The translations under genes and the position numbers were made by a program. The notes under the pieces are model-generated. The model saw only the letters and a program-made list of their open reading frames with translations, was not told where the DNA came from and did not search any database. DNA of 64,000 nt from Veleropilina oligotropha (taxonomy: Eukaryota): positions 310,001 through 374,000 of the forward strand of contig JBEUKZ010000100.1 of NCBI GenBank assembly GCA_048128005.1, in the 5' to 3' direction. This document shows, piece after piece, positions 27,201 to 42,200 of this stretch. Positions within the stretch are counted from its first letter, which is position 1; each line of letters begins with the position of its first letter.

Positions 27201-30200
27201 CCATTATGCATCAGTCCAGAAACATGGGAAAGATTGAAAGCAAGATGGCTTTGCCTATAGTAAAATGTATAATACTTCTATAGAATAAAGTGTTAAACAA
27301 TTTTGAAAATGTTAAAAACTGATAATGAAATGAAATAATCACATGACAATTAATGAATATATGCAAATATATACAGTAAGTAGGCAAGTGTCATTGTCAA
27401 CTACATGCCAATATCAATGCTAAAAATCTTTTGTCATAAATTGTTGCTGAAAAAATCCTGCATTATTATACAAGAATGTTACATTTAATTAAGAACCACT
27501 ATGCTAGCTATTTTGTTCGTGAACACATTCCATTTATCGATACTAACCTGGGAACGATAACTAAATGTGGGCATCTCCGCTATGTTGATGGACGACACAG
27601 TTGAATTGATGTTGACCATCACCATGGACATCTCTTGCCCCTCATGTTGCCAGCTAACCAGGTAGCTGACACCGTCTCTCTCTTGCAGGGCATAATCACA
27701 GTCAAACCAAAACTGCTCGGTCAATATATTAAATCTTGTTGACATGCTAGGGTTCTCCGTGAAATACGGATAATCTGAAAGAAAAATTTGCGACTGCACA
27801 TCTTAATCTTAAGTACTTACAAAGTCGTTAAAGCTCAAGGCTCATAAAAACAACATGATCTATGATAACAAAATAATAAGAAATCACCTAAATGCATTCA
27901 TGATAATATAATCGAACGAACTGGTTCGTTATTTATAAAGATCATTGAATTTAAATAACGTTGATCGCAGTCAGGGCTTTATGAGAGACCATGCTAAGAA
28001 TACTGCCTAATACAGTATTTAGGCACCTTCGGACCACACGGTTACCAGAGAGAGCTACCTTGCGTTTTTGAAATATTATTGTGCACTTGGTGACGCATTT
28101 GTAGGATATTTACTTACCATTGAATAAGCTCCATGAATCAAAGGACTTCTCAGCTATGCACGCCAGAGAGATGTTGGTGGGGTTCAGCTCGCGAGATGAA
28201 TAGCAGTTGTTGGAGATGAAGCATTTGTCATCCTAAAGAAATAACAATACACAATGCAATATTTACACTTGACAATATGAGAAATAAGCTTACTTCTTCA
28301 AATCTATGCTTACGTTGAGCCCATATGTAAGGAATTGGGTGCAAACATCGTATTGAATGAAACTTCCACGGTACACGATGCTCTGAATGCACCAAAGATA
28401 TGAGATATTGGATATTTATTATTGGATTATCTATAAACTATTACTAAAACGATGATTGTCTGTGTCGTGTGAGCAACCTTTAGATTTGAATGAAATGAAT
28501 GAATGAAATGAAATTTATTTAACATAATCATAATCATAATAATACATATTAAATACAAATACATAAATATGTTAAATAAAATGCTTTCTACTACATTAAT
28601 TTTATGGTACAGTAATATTTACAAATAAATTAATTATGATTATGTAAGGAGATCCAGGGAAACCCTTTCGGGCTTATATGGGACCACCTTTATCTCCCCC
28701 CACCATAAGTGTCATTAAACAATTAGATATATAAGTATAGTATAAATAATAGAAAGACATAAATGGTCGTTGCTTCAGTGGTGGGGGTAAATAAATATTA
28801 AGTTTAAAAGTTGTTAGGCACTAAAATTATTAAATAAATTTTAGGAATTTACTAGAAGTGTTTTGTTCATCTATTGAAAAACATTAGCCGAAAATTCCAA
28901 GTCCAAAAACACAAATGTTATGCATCAATTATATGAAATTTTACTTCATGAATATCAATGCCAGAGTTACTATTAGGTGATATCCATATAAACAATACCA
29001 AAGCTTACATATTCCAAAAAGTGATTTTAGTAGCCAATATCCACTAAATGAATAACTTCAACCAATATTTGTATTTCCACAAACACCACTTTATTTTCAT
29101 TAATTATATTAAAATGTATTCCATATTACTGCCAAAGTATCACGTGCCTTAACCAAGCCATATATGTACACTCGATGAAAAACTTTAACCTAAAGTGCAC
29201 CTAAATGTCTATGTCCCAAAAGACCACAATATTTCCATTAATTATAATAAAATGTATTCCATATTACTGCCAGAGTATCAGGTGACATCAGATGATCCAT
29301 ACAACCAATAACAAAGCATATATGCCAAAAAGTACCTTGAGCAAGCCACATACACTTGATGAAAAACTTTAACCTAAAGTTCACCTAAATTTCTATGTCC
29401 AAAATTACCACCATATTTCCATTAATTATATTAATATTTATTCAATATCACTGCCAGAGTATCAGGTGACATCCATACAACCAATAACAAAGCATATATA
29501 TGCCAAAAAGTGCATTGAGCAAGCCATATACACTTGATGAAAAACTTGAACCGTAAACTTTAACATAAAATTTGCCAAAATTTCTATGTCCCAAAAGACC
29601 ACTATATTTCCATTAATTATATTAAAATTTATTCAATATCACTGCCAGAGTATCAGGTGACATCCATGCAACTAATAACAAAGCATAATTATATATGCCA
29701 AAAAGTGCCTTGAGCAAGCCATATACACTTGATGAAAACTTTAACCTAAAATTTGCCGAAATTTCTATGTCCCAAAAGACCACTTATTTCCATTAATTAT
29801 ATTAATATTTATTCAATATCACTGCCAGAGTATCAGGTGACATCCATACAACCAATAACAAAGCAGCGAAAAAGTGCCGTGAGCAAGCCTGCATATACAC
29901 TTGATGAAAAACTGTAACCGTAAACTTTAACATAAAATTTGCCGAAATTTCCATGTCCCAAAAGACCACTATATTTCCATTAATTATATTAAAATTTATT
30001 CAACATCACTGCCAGAGCATATATATAACAAAGCATATATATGCCAAAGAGTGCCTTGAGCAAGCCCTATACACTCAATGAAAACCTTTAACCAAGATGA
30101 CACGACACCGACGACGACGCCGAAGATGCAGACAACGGCGGAAAAGCAATCCCTTAGTGTCGCTTTCCTTCGGGGCGAGACAAAAATATACAACATAATT

Positions 30201-33200
30201 ATGTAACTATTTTGGCCATATTTCCTAAACATTTCTGTCGATCATATATGCAAGGTTTGCATGACAATAACGTTACAGCATCCTATTTATCAGGCAATGC
30301 ATCCCACATTTATCAGCCAATGCAGTCCATATTTATCAGGCAACGCATCTCATATTTATCAGCCAATGCAGTCCATATTTATCAGGCAACGCATCCCATA
30401 TTCATCAGGCAACGCATCTCATATTTATCAGGCAACGCATCCCATATTTATCAGGCATTGCATCTCATATTTATCAGGCAACACATCCCATATTTATCAG
30501 GCAACGCATCCCATATTTATCAGGCAACGCATCCCATATTTATCAGGCATTGCATCTCATATTTATCAGGCAACGCATCCCATATTTATCAGGCAACGCA
30601 TCCCATATTTATCAGGCAACGCATCTCATATTTATCAGGCAACGCATCCCATAATTATCAGGCATTGCATCTCATATTTATCAGGCAACACATCCCATAT
30701 TTATCAGGCATTGCATCCCATATTTATCAGGCAATGCATCCAATATTAATCAGGCAACACATCTCATATTTATCAGGCAACACATCCCATATTTATCAGG
30801 CATTGCATCCCATATTTATCAGGCAACGCATCCCATATTTATCAGGCAACACATCCCATATTTATCAGGCATTGCATCCCATATTTATCAGGCAATGCAT
30901 CCAATATTTATCAGGAAATGCAGTTCATATTTATCAGGCAATGCATTTCATATTTATCAGACAACCCATACAATATTTATCAGGCAACGCATCCCATATT
31001 TATCAGGCAAAGCATCCCATATTTATCAGTAAATATATTTTTTAGCCTAAAATTTGCCGAAATTTCTGTCACAAAAGACCACTATATTTCCATTAATTAG
31101 ATTAATTATCAGTATATTTATCAGTAGATATATTTTTTAACCTAAAATTTGCCGAAATTTCTATGTCACAAAAGACCACTATATTTCCATTAATTAGATT
31201 AAAATTTATTCAATATCACTGCCAGAGTATCAGGTGACATCCATATTTATTAGGCAATGCATCCCATATTTATCAGGCAACATATCTCATATTTATCAGG
31301 CAATGTAATCCATATTTATCAGGCAACGCATCTCAAATTTATCAGGCATTGCATCCCATATTAATCAGGTATTGCATTCGATATTAATCAGGCAATGCAT
31401 CCCATATTATCAGACAACGCATCCCATATTTATCAAGCAATGTATCCCATATTTTTCAGGCATTGTATCCCATATTTATCAGGCATCGTATCCCATATTT
31501 ATCAGGCAATGTATCCCATATTTATCAGGCATTGTATCCCATATTTACCAGGCAATGCATCCCATATTTTCAGACATTGTATCCCATATTTATCAGGCAA
31601 TGCATCCCATATTTATCAGGCATTGTATCCCATATTTATCAGACATTGTATCCTCTATTTATCAGGCAATGCATCCCATATTTATCAGGCATTGTATCTC
31701 ATATTTATCAGACAATGCATCCCATATTTATCAGACATAGTATCCCATATTTATCAGGCATTGCATCTCATATTTATCAGGCAACACATCCAATATTTAT
31801 CAGGCATTTCACCCCATATTTATCAGGCATTGTACCCCATATTTATCAGGAAATGCATCCCATACTTATCAGGCAACACATCCAATATTTATCAGGCATT
31901 TCACCCCATATTTATCAGGCATTGAACCCCATATTTATCAGGCAACGCATCCCATATTTATCAGGCATTGCACCCATTATTTATCAGGAAATGCATCCCA
32001 TATTTATCAGGCATTGCACCCCATATTTATCAGGCAATGCATCCCATATTTATCAGGCATTGCATCCCATATTTATTAGGCAATGCATCCCATATTCATC
32101 AGGCAATGCAATCCATATTTATCAGGCAACGCATCGTCTCATATTTATCAGGCAATGCATCTCATATTTATTAGGCATTGCATCCCATATTTATCAGGCA
32201 AAGAATCTCATATTTATCAGGCATTGCATCCCATATTTATCAGGCAACGCATCTCATATTTATCAGGCATTGCATCCCATATTTATCAGGCAAAGCATCT
32301 CATACTTATCAGGCATTGCAGTCCATATTTATCAGGCATTGCATCCCATATTTAGCAGACAATGCATCCCATATTTATCAGGCAACGCATCCCATATTTA
32401 TCAGGCATTGCACCCAATATTTATCAGGAAATGCATCCCATATTTATCAAGCATTGCATCCCATATTTATCAGGCATTGCATTCCATATTTATCAGGCAA
32501 TGCATCCCATATTTTTCAGGCATTGTATCCCATAGTTATCAGGAAATGCATCCCATATTTATCAGGCATTGTGTCCCATATTTATCAGGCAATGAATCTC
32601 ATATTTATCAGACATTGTATCCCATATTTATCAGGCAATGCATCTCATATTTTTCAGGCATTGTATCCCATATTTATCAGGCAATGCATCCCATATTTAT
32701 CAGGCATTGTAACCCATATTTATCAGGCATTGTATCCCATATTTATCAGACATTGTATCCTATATTTATCAGGCAATGCATCCCATATTTATCAGGCAAC
32801 GCATCCCATATTTATCAGGCATTGCATCCCATATTTATCAGGCATTGTATCTCATATTTATCAGGCAATGCATCCTATATTTATCAGGCAATGATTCCCA
32901 TATTTATCAGGAAATGCATCCCATATTTATTTATCAAGCATTGTATCTCATATTTATCAGGCGATGCATCCTATATTTATCAGACAACGCATCCCATATT
33001 TATCAGACATAGTATCCCATATTTATCAGGCATTGCATCTCATATTTATCAGGCATTGCATCACAAATTTATTAGACAATGTATCCATATTTATCAGGCA
33101 ATGCATCACATATTTATCATGCAATGCATCCCATATTTATCAGGCATTGTATCCCATATTTATCAGGCAATGCATCCCATATTTATCAGGCATTGTATCC

Positions 33201-36200
33201 CATATTTATCAGGCATTGTATCCCATATTTATCAGGCATTGCATCTCATATTTATCAGGCATTGCATCCCTTATTTATCAGGCATTGTATCTCATATATA
33301 TCAGGCAATGCATCCTATATTTATCAGACAATAATTCCCATATTTATCAGGCAATGCATCCCATATTTATCAGGTAACGCATCCATAATTATCAGGCATT
33401 GGATCCCATATTTATCAGGCATTCCTTCCTATATTTATCAGGCATTGCATCTCATATTTATCAGGTAGCGCATCCCATATGTATCAGGCATTGTATCCCA
33501 TATTTATCAGGCATTGCATCCCTTATTTATCCGGCAATGCAACCCATATTTATCAGGCAATGCACCCCATATTTTTCAGGCAACGCATCCCATATTTATC
33601 AGGCATGCATCCCATATATATCATGCAATGCAGCCAATATTTATCAGGCACTGCAGCCCATATTTATCAGGCAACGCATCCAAATGCACACATATTTTTC
33701 GCATTGAAACTGGCAGTTTTGATGCATCGGAAACAGGCCGAAATCAAGGAGTATAAAGAAATATGAAAGGTTTAATCAGCAGGTGCACTCTAGCATTATA
33801 TATAATTATAATGACATTGATGAAAGAACCGTTAACCATTGCATCCTATATTCAATATTACACCTCCGCTGTAATAATGGTGATGTTCTAAATAAATACC
33901 ATTACTATACACATTAACTGTCACAACTTTCTATTACATCCTCTGACCACCACGTTCATCTCTACCCACCTTTGGGGAGCAGGAACCAGAGGACTCGCAG
34001 TCATGACAGTCGCTGTGATACACAGTGAACACCAGCTCATCGCTGAATGTGGCGTTGTCATTACTGATGCTGACTTGATAACTCCCCACCTTCGACACCG
34101 GGCATACGACTTCATGGAGACTGATAAACCGGGCCTGCACTATCTCAGTAGTCGCAAGCACTTCAAAGCCACCATTGGTAAGCTGGAAGACAATGACAGA
34201 TATCATTATAAAGGAATAACAATGTTGATATTACATATCATACTAGTGTGATGGGACGGCACTGCGGTAGCCATGTCGTCTGGAGTTCCAACTGTGCATT
34301 CGAATTTCAGTTGAGTCTCGATTGTTCAGTTACCATTAACAGTTGTTCCTAACTTGCTGAAGGAGTGGCTTTAAGCATCGTGATGAGACTTACTATTATA
34401 TTATTAACCATTCTTAAAACAACATCATAAATAGCTTATCTGGTTCCATATATTTGCCCAATATATCAAACTAGAGCTATCACAGGAGTGATTACATGCC
34501 CCCACAAATGCATCTGACCCAGGAACAGGCTGTTGCATACACACATGAAGTTTCATGTCTCTCAGTCAAATATTATGGGAGATATAGAGTGAAAGGAAAT
34601 TTTGGACCAAATGTGGTCAAACGTGAAAAGTAGGTCGCAGTGATTTACTTTTGGTACGCGACACACCTTTGGGTTATGATGCATACACACATCAAGTTTC
34701 ATGTCCCTCGGTCAAATAGAATGGAAGATATGGCGGAAGGGAATTTTGGATTAAGTGCAGTCAAGCATGAAAAGTAGGTCGTGGTGACCTACTTTCAGTG
34801 CGCGACACACCTTTGGGTTATGACACATGCACACATCAAGTTTCATGTCCCTCGGTCAAATAGTATAGGAGATATGGAGAGAAAGGGAATTTTGGACTAA
34901 GTGCAGTCAAGCATGAAAAGTAGGTTGTGTCCCTCAGTCAAATAGTGTCCAAGATATGGAGCAGAAGGGAATTTGCAACAGACCGACAGACAGACTGACA
35001 AGCTGACTCCTTTTTGCCCACCCCCTATAAACTTCGTGGGGGCATAAAAACACAAAGTCATTGTATAATTTTAAATTTGGGTCTATTCTTTCGATTCATT
35101 TAATAACTAGATATGTCCGAGTGACACGAATGCCCCCCTGAAACAACTGCCCAGGAATGAAAGAAATTTGAAGTGAACAGCCATAACTCTCTTAACCTTG
35201 AACTTACGCATTTAACAATGTATGAATAAGTATACACCTATTATCCAAAAATAGTTTCATTCCATGAATATATTCCGAACTTATCGTACAGAATTGAAAA
35301 CAAAATTAAATTAATTAATGTCCTATGTCTCTTAAATGAAGTTGGGAATTTATAGAAATCAAACTGCACTAAAATATTCTGATATACGTCATGTGTATAT
35401 CAAATTAATTTAATTTGAATCCATGAATGCCTGAATATAGCGCAGAATCTAAAGCATTCGAGGGACAAATATGTGTAACAATAAATGTTCTCCATACTTC
35501 GTTTTGCAGGGGACTGGGCATAAAAAAAATTTCCATTGATATTACATGTGTATACTAAATTTTATTTATATCCATGAAGGCATTCTCAAGTTATCGCCCA
35601 GAAATGGAAGAAAAATTTGCAATTTGATGAAGGGACATAACTCCCATGTGAAAGAGGAATTTTACCGAAATCAAACTCCACTTAGCTATTATGATCATAC
35701 ACGTGAATACCAAATTTAGTTTAAATCCATGAAGGCATTCTCAAGTTACCGCCTGGAAATGAAAAAATGTTTCCAAGTGAATCAAGGGGCATAACTTCGT
35801 TATGTGAAGGCATCGGAATTTTACCGAAATCGAACTCCACTTAGCTATTATGATCATACACGTGAATACCAAATTTAATTGAAATCCATGAAGGCGTTCT
35901 CAAGTTATCGCCCGGAAATGAAAAAAAATTGCAAGTGGATCAAGGCACATAACTCCGTTATGTGAAGGCATCGAAATTTTACCGAAATTGAACTGCACTT
36001 AATTAGCTATTATGATTATCCACTTGCATACCAAATTTAATTTAAATCCATGAAGGCATTCTCAAGTTACCGCCCGGAAATGAAAAAATGTTTCCATGTG
36101 AATCAAGGGGCATAACTCTCTTATGGGACATCGTAATGGATGTGTTTGTTTATGAATAATACGAAAAATTACTCCTTACATTTTTGTGAAAATGATTCAT

Positions 36201-39200
36201 AAATGTTGGCAAGAATTGACACGTTTGCTACGTCAGAATGCAGTAAATGGAGTGTCACACCGTTAATTGTTCTCAGGGTTCAGATGATCTGGACCCTCGT
36301 TTGAAATCAGAAATGCATGTGTTTATTTGTGCAACGAAAATATTTCTCATACATTTTAGGAAAAAGGTTCATAAATGTTGGTATAAAATATCGCGCTTGC
36401 ACTTTCAGAATGCAGATGGTTTCATACCTTTCATTGCGAAAAAAAATTTCCAAGTTTTTTTTCACAATGAATGGTGTGAAACCACCTGCTTTCTGACAGT
36501 TAATGGTATATTTCATCAAATTTGGATCCGCTCCTGATGCATATTTTCCTACCTTCACTTTGCGCAATTTGCACACAAGATTGTCCGACTCAGAAAATCG
36601 CTGCCCGTAGATTCGAATTGATCCACATTTCCACTCCCGTAGGTCACACAGGTCCTCTCCATATTTCCAGACAATCGTTGGAGCTACAGATAGCGGTATG
36701 GAACAATCACCTCCCCCAAGGTCGGAAAAACATGAACAGGCACCATTAACACAATCACCATTTTCACTGCAATCATTTAGACATAATCGGTTGAGTATTG
36801 CAGGATCGGGTGCGTAGAAAAAATTATCCGTTTCGTTGGTCCACAGACTGATATCACGCTGCACTTCAAATGCACACTGAATGCGAATATCTTTGGTCAG
36901 TGCTTCAAATAGCTGCGTGGAGTTCAGTTCAGTGATCTACAACAGGCAAAGTTATCTGTTATGTTATTCTGCATACTACAAGCTTAATATATATATACCA
37001 GAATATGCAGGAGACTTGTTACAATTCCATGCAAGTCAGTGTTTCTCGGACAGCGTACTCATCAATGCACTCAATGCAAGTATACAAATCTAAATCGATG
37101 AAGTACATTGATCAGAAGTTTGTCAGGACAAATTGATATGAATTCACATTGTTTTCTTATCTTGATAAATAAATCTTGGTTAATAATTTTGTTCCATACC
37201 CACAGCACCCCATATATCCCTGCATTTGCATAGGGGTGGTTAGGACTCAACAGAATTGTTTTATAATGTCTCACCGCTAGGCTGTCGAAGTATTGCTTGA
37301 TGGCAGTCTGGATGTAAACACTCTATATCTAGCACCCTATAATGTCTCACCGCTAGGCTGTTGATGCATTTCTTGATGGCAGTTTGGACGTCAACACTCG
37401 ATATCTAGCACCTTATAATAATATCTCACCGCTAGGCTGTTGATGCATTGCTTGATGTCAGTTTGGACGTCAACACTCTATATCTAGCACCCTATAATAT
37501 CTCACAGCTTGGCTGTTGATGCATTGATTGATGGCAGTTTGGACGTCAACACTCTATATCTAGCACCTTATAATGTCTCACCGCTAGGCTGTTGATGCAT
37601 TGCTTGATGGCAGTTTGGACGTCAACACTCTATATATAGCACCCTATAATGTCTCACCGCTAGGTTGTTGATGCATTGCTTGATGGCAGTTTGGACGTCA
37701 ACACTCTATATATAGCACCCTATGTCTCACCGCTAGGCTGTTGATGCATTGCTTGATGGCAGTTTGGACGTCAACACTATATACAGATCTAGCACCCTAT
37801 AATGTCTCACCGCTAGGCTGTTGATGCATTGCTTGATGGCAGTTTGGACGTCAACACTCTATATCTAGAACCCTATGTCTCACCGCTAGGTTGTTGATGC
37901 ATTGCTTGATGGCAGTTTGGACGTCAACACTCTATATATAGATATAGCACCCTATAATGTCTCACCGCTAGGCTGTTGATGCATTGCTTGATGGCAGTTT
38001 GGACGTCAACGCTCTATATAGATCTAGCACCATATAATATCTCACCGCTAGGCTGTTGATGCCTTGCTTGATGGCAGTTTGGACGTCAACACTCTATATC
38101 TAGCACCCTATAATGTCTCACCGCTAGGCTGTTGATGCATTGCTTGATGGCAGTTTGGACGTCAACACTCTATATACAGATCTAGCACCCTATAATGTCT
38201 CACCGCTAGGCTGTTGATGCATTGCTTGATGGCAGTTTGGACGTCAACACTCTATATCTAGCACACTATAATGTCTCACCGCTAGGCTGTTGATGCATTG
38301 CTTGATGGCAGTTTGGACGTCAACACTCTATATCTAGCACCCTATAATGTCTTACCGCTAGGCTGTTGATGCATTGCTTGATGGCAGTTTGGACGTCAAC
38401 ACTCTATATCTAGCACACTATAATGTCTCACCGCTAGGCTGTTGACGCATTGCTTGATGGCAGTTTGGACGTCAACACTCTATATACAGATCTAGCACCC
38501 TATAATGTCTTACCGCTAGGCTGTTGATGCATTGATTGATGGCAGTTTGGACGTCAACACTCTATATCTAGCACCCTATAATGTCTCACCGCTAGGCTGC
38601 TGATGCATTGCTTGATGGCAGTTTGGACGTCAACACTCTATATCTAGCACCCTATAATGTCTCACCGCTAGGCTGCTGATGCATTGCTTGATGGCAGTTT
38701 GGACGTCAACACTCTATATCTAGCACCCTATAATATCTCACCGCTAGGCTGTTGATGCATTGCTTGATGGCAGCTTGAGTGTAAACACTCTCCAGGTGGA
38801 CGCAATTCAGAGAAATGGCAGTAGCATTGTAATGATCTGTGCACAGGGCCTCCGCGACATCTCGTGTCATCCCTGAGGGTGTCGGAAAGCTGAAATGCTG
38901 AAATAGGGGTTACAACAATAGGGGTTACCGATACGTTATAAGACTCTCATACATAGTGAATATTGCGTTTTTATACAAACTGTCTATTTACAATTGCTGA
39001 TTATAAAAACAGTAGGAAATTAAAATGCAGTAAACAGGTAATACTATGTGGTGTGTGAATGCTATATGCAGAGAAAGAGCTCCTAGAATAAGAAGGTCAC
39101 ATTCACGTCTCAAACATCTCCTACTGAAGGTGATCCAATGATTTTCAAGCAAAGAAGTTCAGAGATGTACGTGCAATCCTTTGTCGCATGTGGTATCTTC

Positions 39201-42200
39201 ATCACAAAAATAACGTAAATAATTAATATCCACATCAGAAACAAGAGGTGCATTTCATATTTAAATGGAAATACAATTTCGTAAAAATCAATGTCGTACC
39301 ATTTGATCGATTATGCTTCTGCGACACATGTCAAATTAATATTATCGTCTATGAATGTCAGCACTGCATAGCTTCATTTTGATAGAGAAAAATATACAAT
39401 GAGTTAGACACAATAAGACTCGATAGTCATTTACCTGCACTGAAAAGGTTTCATCATATTCAAACATTCTGGTTTTCAAGCAATTGCTTGGTACCTCTTT
39501 GAGAATGTCTGGGAGATTTGTGATGTCTGTTCCTGAAATGAGCAGTTACCTTTTATTTCAACCTGACCGCTTCGGCAGTACAGTGGTACGGTTGTGGAAT
39601 TCGAAAATCACTGACTTGATTCCGCTGACGCGAACAGTAGTGGGTTCGACCCCCGGCTGAGGCACCACACATTTGTTCAAATTATGAATCACAGTTGTCC
39701 GTGACTGGTCGAAGAGGGCGGGTTTACCCGGGTGACCGGGCTTTCCTCCCGCGATAATACGGACATGTCCTGGTTTCAACCAAATGATTGTTGGAAATAT
39801 ACAGCAGGACATTAAGCTTCGATCCTTTCCTTTCCTTTATTTCAAAACCTGCCTTTAAAAGTACATTTGAAAGAAAACTGTACACAAGTTCTATGTATCT
39901 TCCATGATTTACATAACATTATTACATCATATAATGTTTAATACAGCTTTGACGAATTCATAGGAATTAAACTACTATTAATATTATTATTAATATTGAT
40001 TATTGTAGCTGAGACCATTCCATACAGTACCACATGTAATACATATTATCAATTGACATTGACCAAAAATATTTAATTTTATTAGATGTGAATCTAACTC
40101 TTCTGATTGGTAATTGATCAATGTTCAATTTTGTTATTTTGAACATTTGGGCCAGAATGAGGACTTTTAACATTTATACATAATCTGGCCTGGCTTCAGA
40201 TGCAACATCAGGATGGATTCAACAATCATGCAAGTGAACATGACCAGTCAACACTATGTCAACCATATTTTACACAGTGGCCATCCCATTTAGCCACAGC
40301 GTCAGTCGTAACTGTGAGTTCCATAATAACAAGGCACGTCCTAACAGCTTACAAGGCTTAATTGTGTTGATGTTTTCATTCTGACAGGAAGTAAGGTATC
40401 ACAACATTGCTCTACAGCAGACCAGCCAAATCTCCAGACGTGTCACCAATCGAAGACCATTGAGAAGATTTTGCCCTCAGAGTTTGCAACAAATAACAGC
40501 GTTTTCCACGCGTTGGAACAACTTGAACAGTCAACGCATGAAGAACAAGTGTTTGTCACTAAGTGGCAATAGTTCCCCGCCTACGTTATTGAGCGCATAT
40601 ATGAAACCAAAATGAATGTAGGCCTATCGGTCAAGAGCCTCCTGTGACAGGAGAAATGTTGTGAAATGGGGTCTATGAACCAAATATAAATGAAATCGGT
40701 TCATAATCTTTCTTGAAATATCGCGCTAACGACAAGTGAATGAGCGAAAGAGTAAATTGCATCATGTGACTTTAAAATGAGGTCAAGGTCAACATAATCG
40801 TTTGGGGTTGGCGGTATCCCGCAATGCATCTATCCACCAAATATAAATTAAATCAGTTCATTAAGTCTTGAGAAATCGCGCTAAAAACTGTGTGACCTTG
40901 AATATGACATCAAGATCACCGTAATCGACTGGGATGAGTGGTATTCCCCAATGCATCTATCCACCAAATAAAAATTAAATCTATTCTGTCTCGAGAAATC
41001 ATGCTAACAACTGAATGTGCATCATATGACCTTGATAATATATAGGTCAAGGTCACCATAATGGAGTGGGGTCTGCGGTATCCCCCAATACATCTATCTA
41101 CCTGATATAAATGAAATTGGTTCATTATATCTGGAGATAACACGCTAACAACAATTGAATGCGCGAAGTAGTCAAGTGCACCCCGCGACCTTGAAAGTGA
41201 GGTCAAGGTCACCATAATCAACTCCAGGTGTCGGCGGTATCCCCAAAGGTATCCATCCACCAAATATAAATGAAATCGGTTCATTCTGTCTTGAGATATC
41301 ATGCTATAGCAACCACTGAATGAGAGAAAGAGTAAACTGTACCCTGTGACCTAGAAAATGAGGTCGAGGTCACCATTATCGACTAGTGTCGGCGGCATCC
41401 CCAAAGGTATCTATCTACCAAATATAAATGAAATCGGTTCATTCCGTCTTGAGATATCGCGCTAACAACAATTGAATAAGGCAAAGAGTACACTGTATCC
41501 TGTGACCTTGAAAATGATGTCAAGGTAACAATAATCGGCTATTGTCGGCGGTATCCCCAAAGGTATCTATCCACCAAATATAAATGAAATTGGTTAATTC
41601 TGTCTTGAGATATCACGCAATAACAACTGAATGAGCGAAAGAGTAAACTGTACCCTGTGACCTTGAAAATAAGGTCAAGGTCACCATAATCGACTGATGT
41701 TGGCGGTATCCCCAAAGGTATCTATCTACCAAATATAAATGAAATCGGTTCATTCAGTCTTGAGATATCGCGCTAACAAGGTCGTACGGACGGACGTACG
41801 GGTGGGACGGACGGAGCCGAATACTAGTCCCCGCTTCGCTAAAGTGGGGGGACTAATGACATGGACACCAAGGTAGACAGTCCGTCAGTTGATCTGTAGT
41901 ATGCACAGATGTCGTGCCTGCTTCGATGCTCACTGTCTGAGCGTTTACCAGATATTGTCCGACCTAGCGACATCATTTCACAACGCCATTTCTTTTCACA
42001 TGATTTCTGAATGTTTTCAATTTAGTTTCAAGATTGTGTTTCTACTATATATATCAAGATAAAGGTCTTTTACTTAAATTGATATATATACATATTCTGT
42101 TTCTGTGAATTTGCACTAACTTTATAATCAGTATCCTCACATAAAATACAAGTGCTATCGATATAGCAGTATCCCCCCCCACCCCCCCGCGGTAAAGCAT

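Noticed and set aside
30212..33766. Many long ORFs (up to 623 aa) of IYQAMHPIFIRQ type
   Set aside because: Artefacts of a 23-bp satellite that is nearly stop-free on +; all three frames give the same periodic peptide; intronic.
36307..36552. ORF continuation beyond exon L
   Set aside because: Read-through past a good AAG|gtagga donor that matches the module 2 boundary; no domain similarity.
37262..38791. CRISPR-like appearance of this and other arrays
   Set aside because: Head-to-tail tandem units without unique spacers, no cas genes, eukaryotic intron context.
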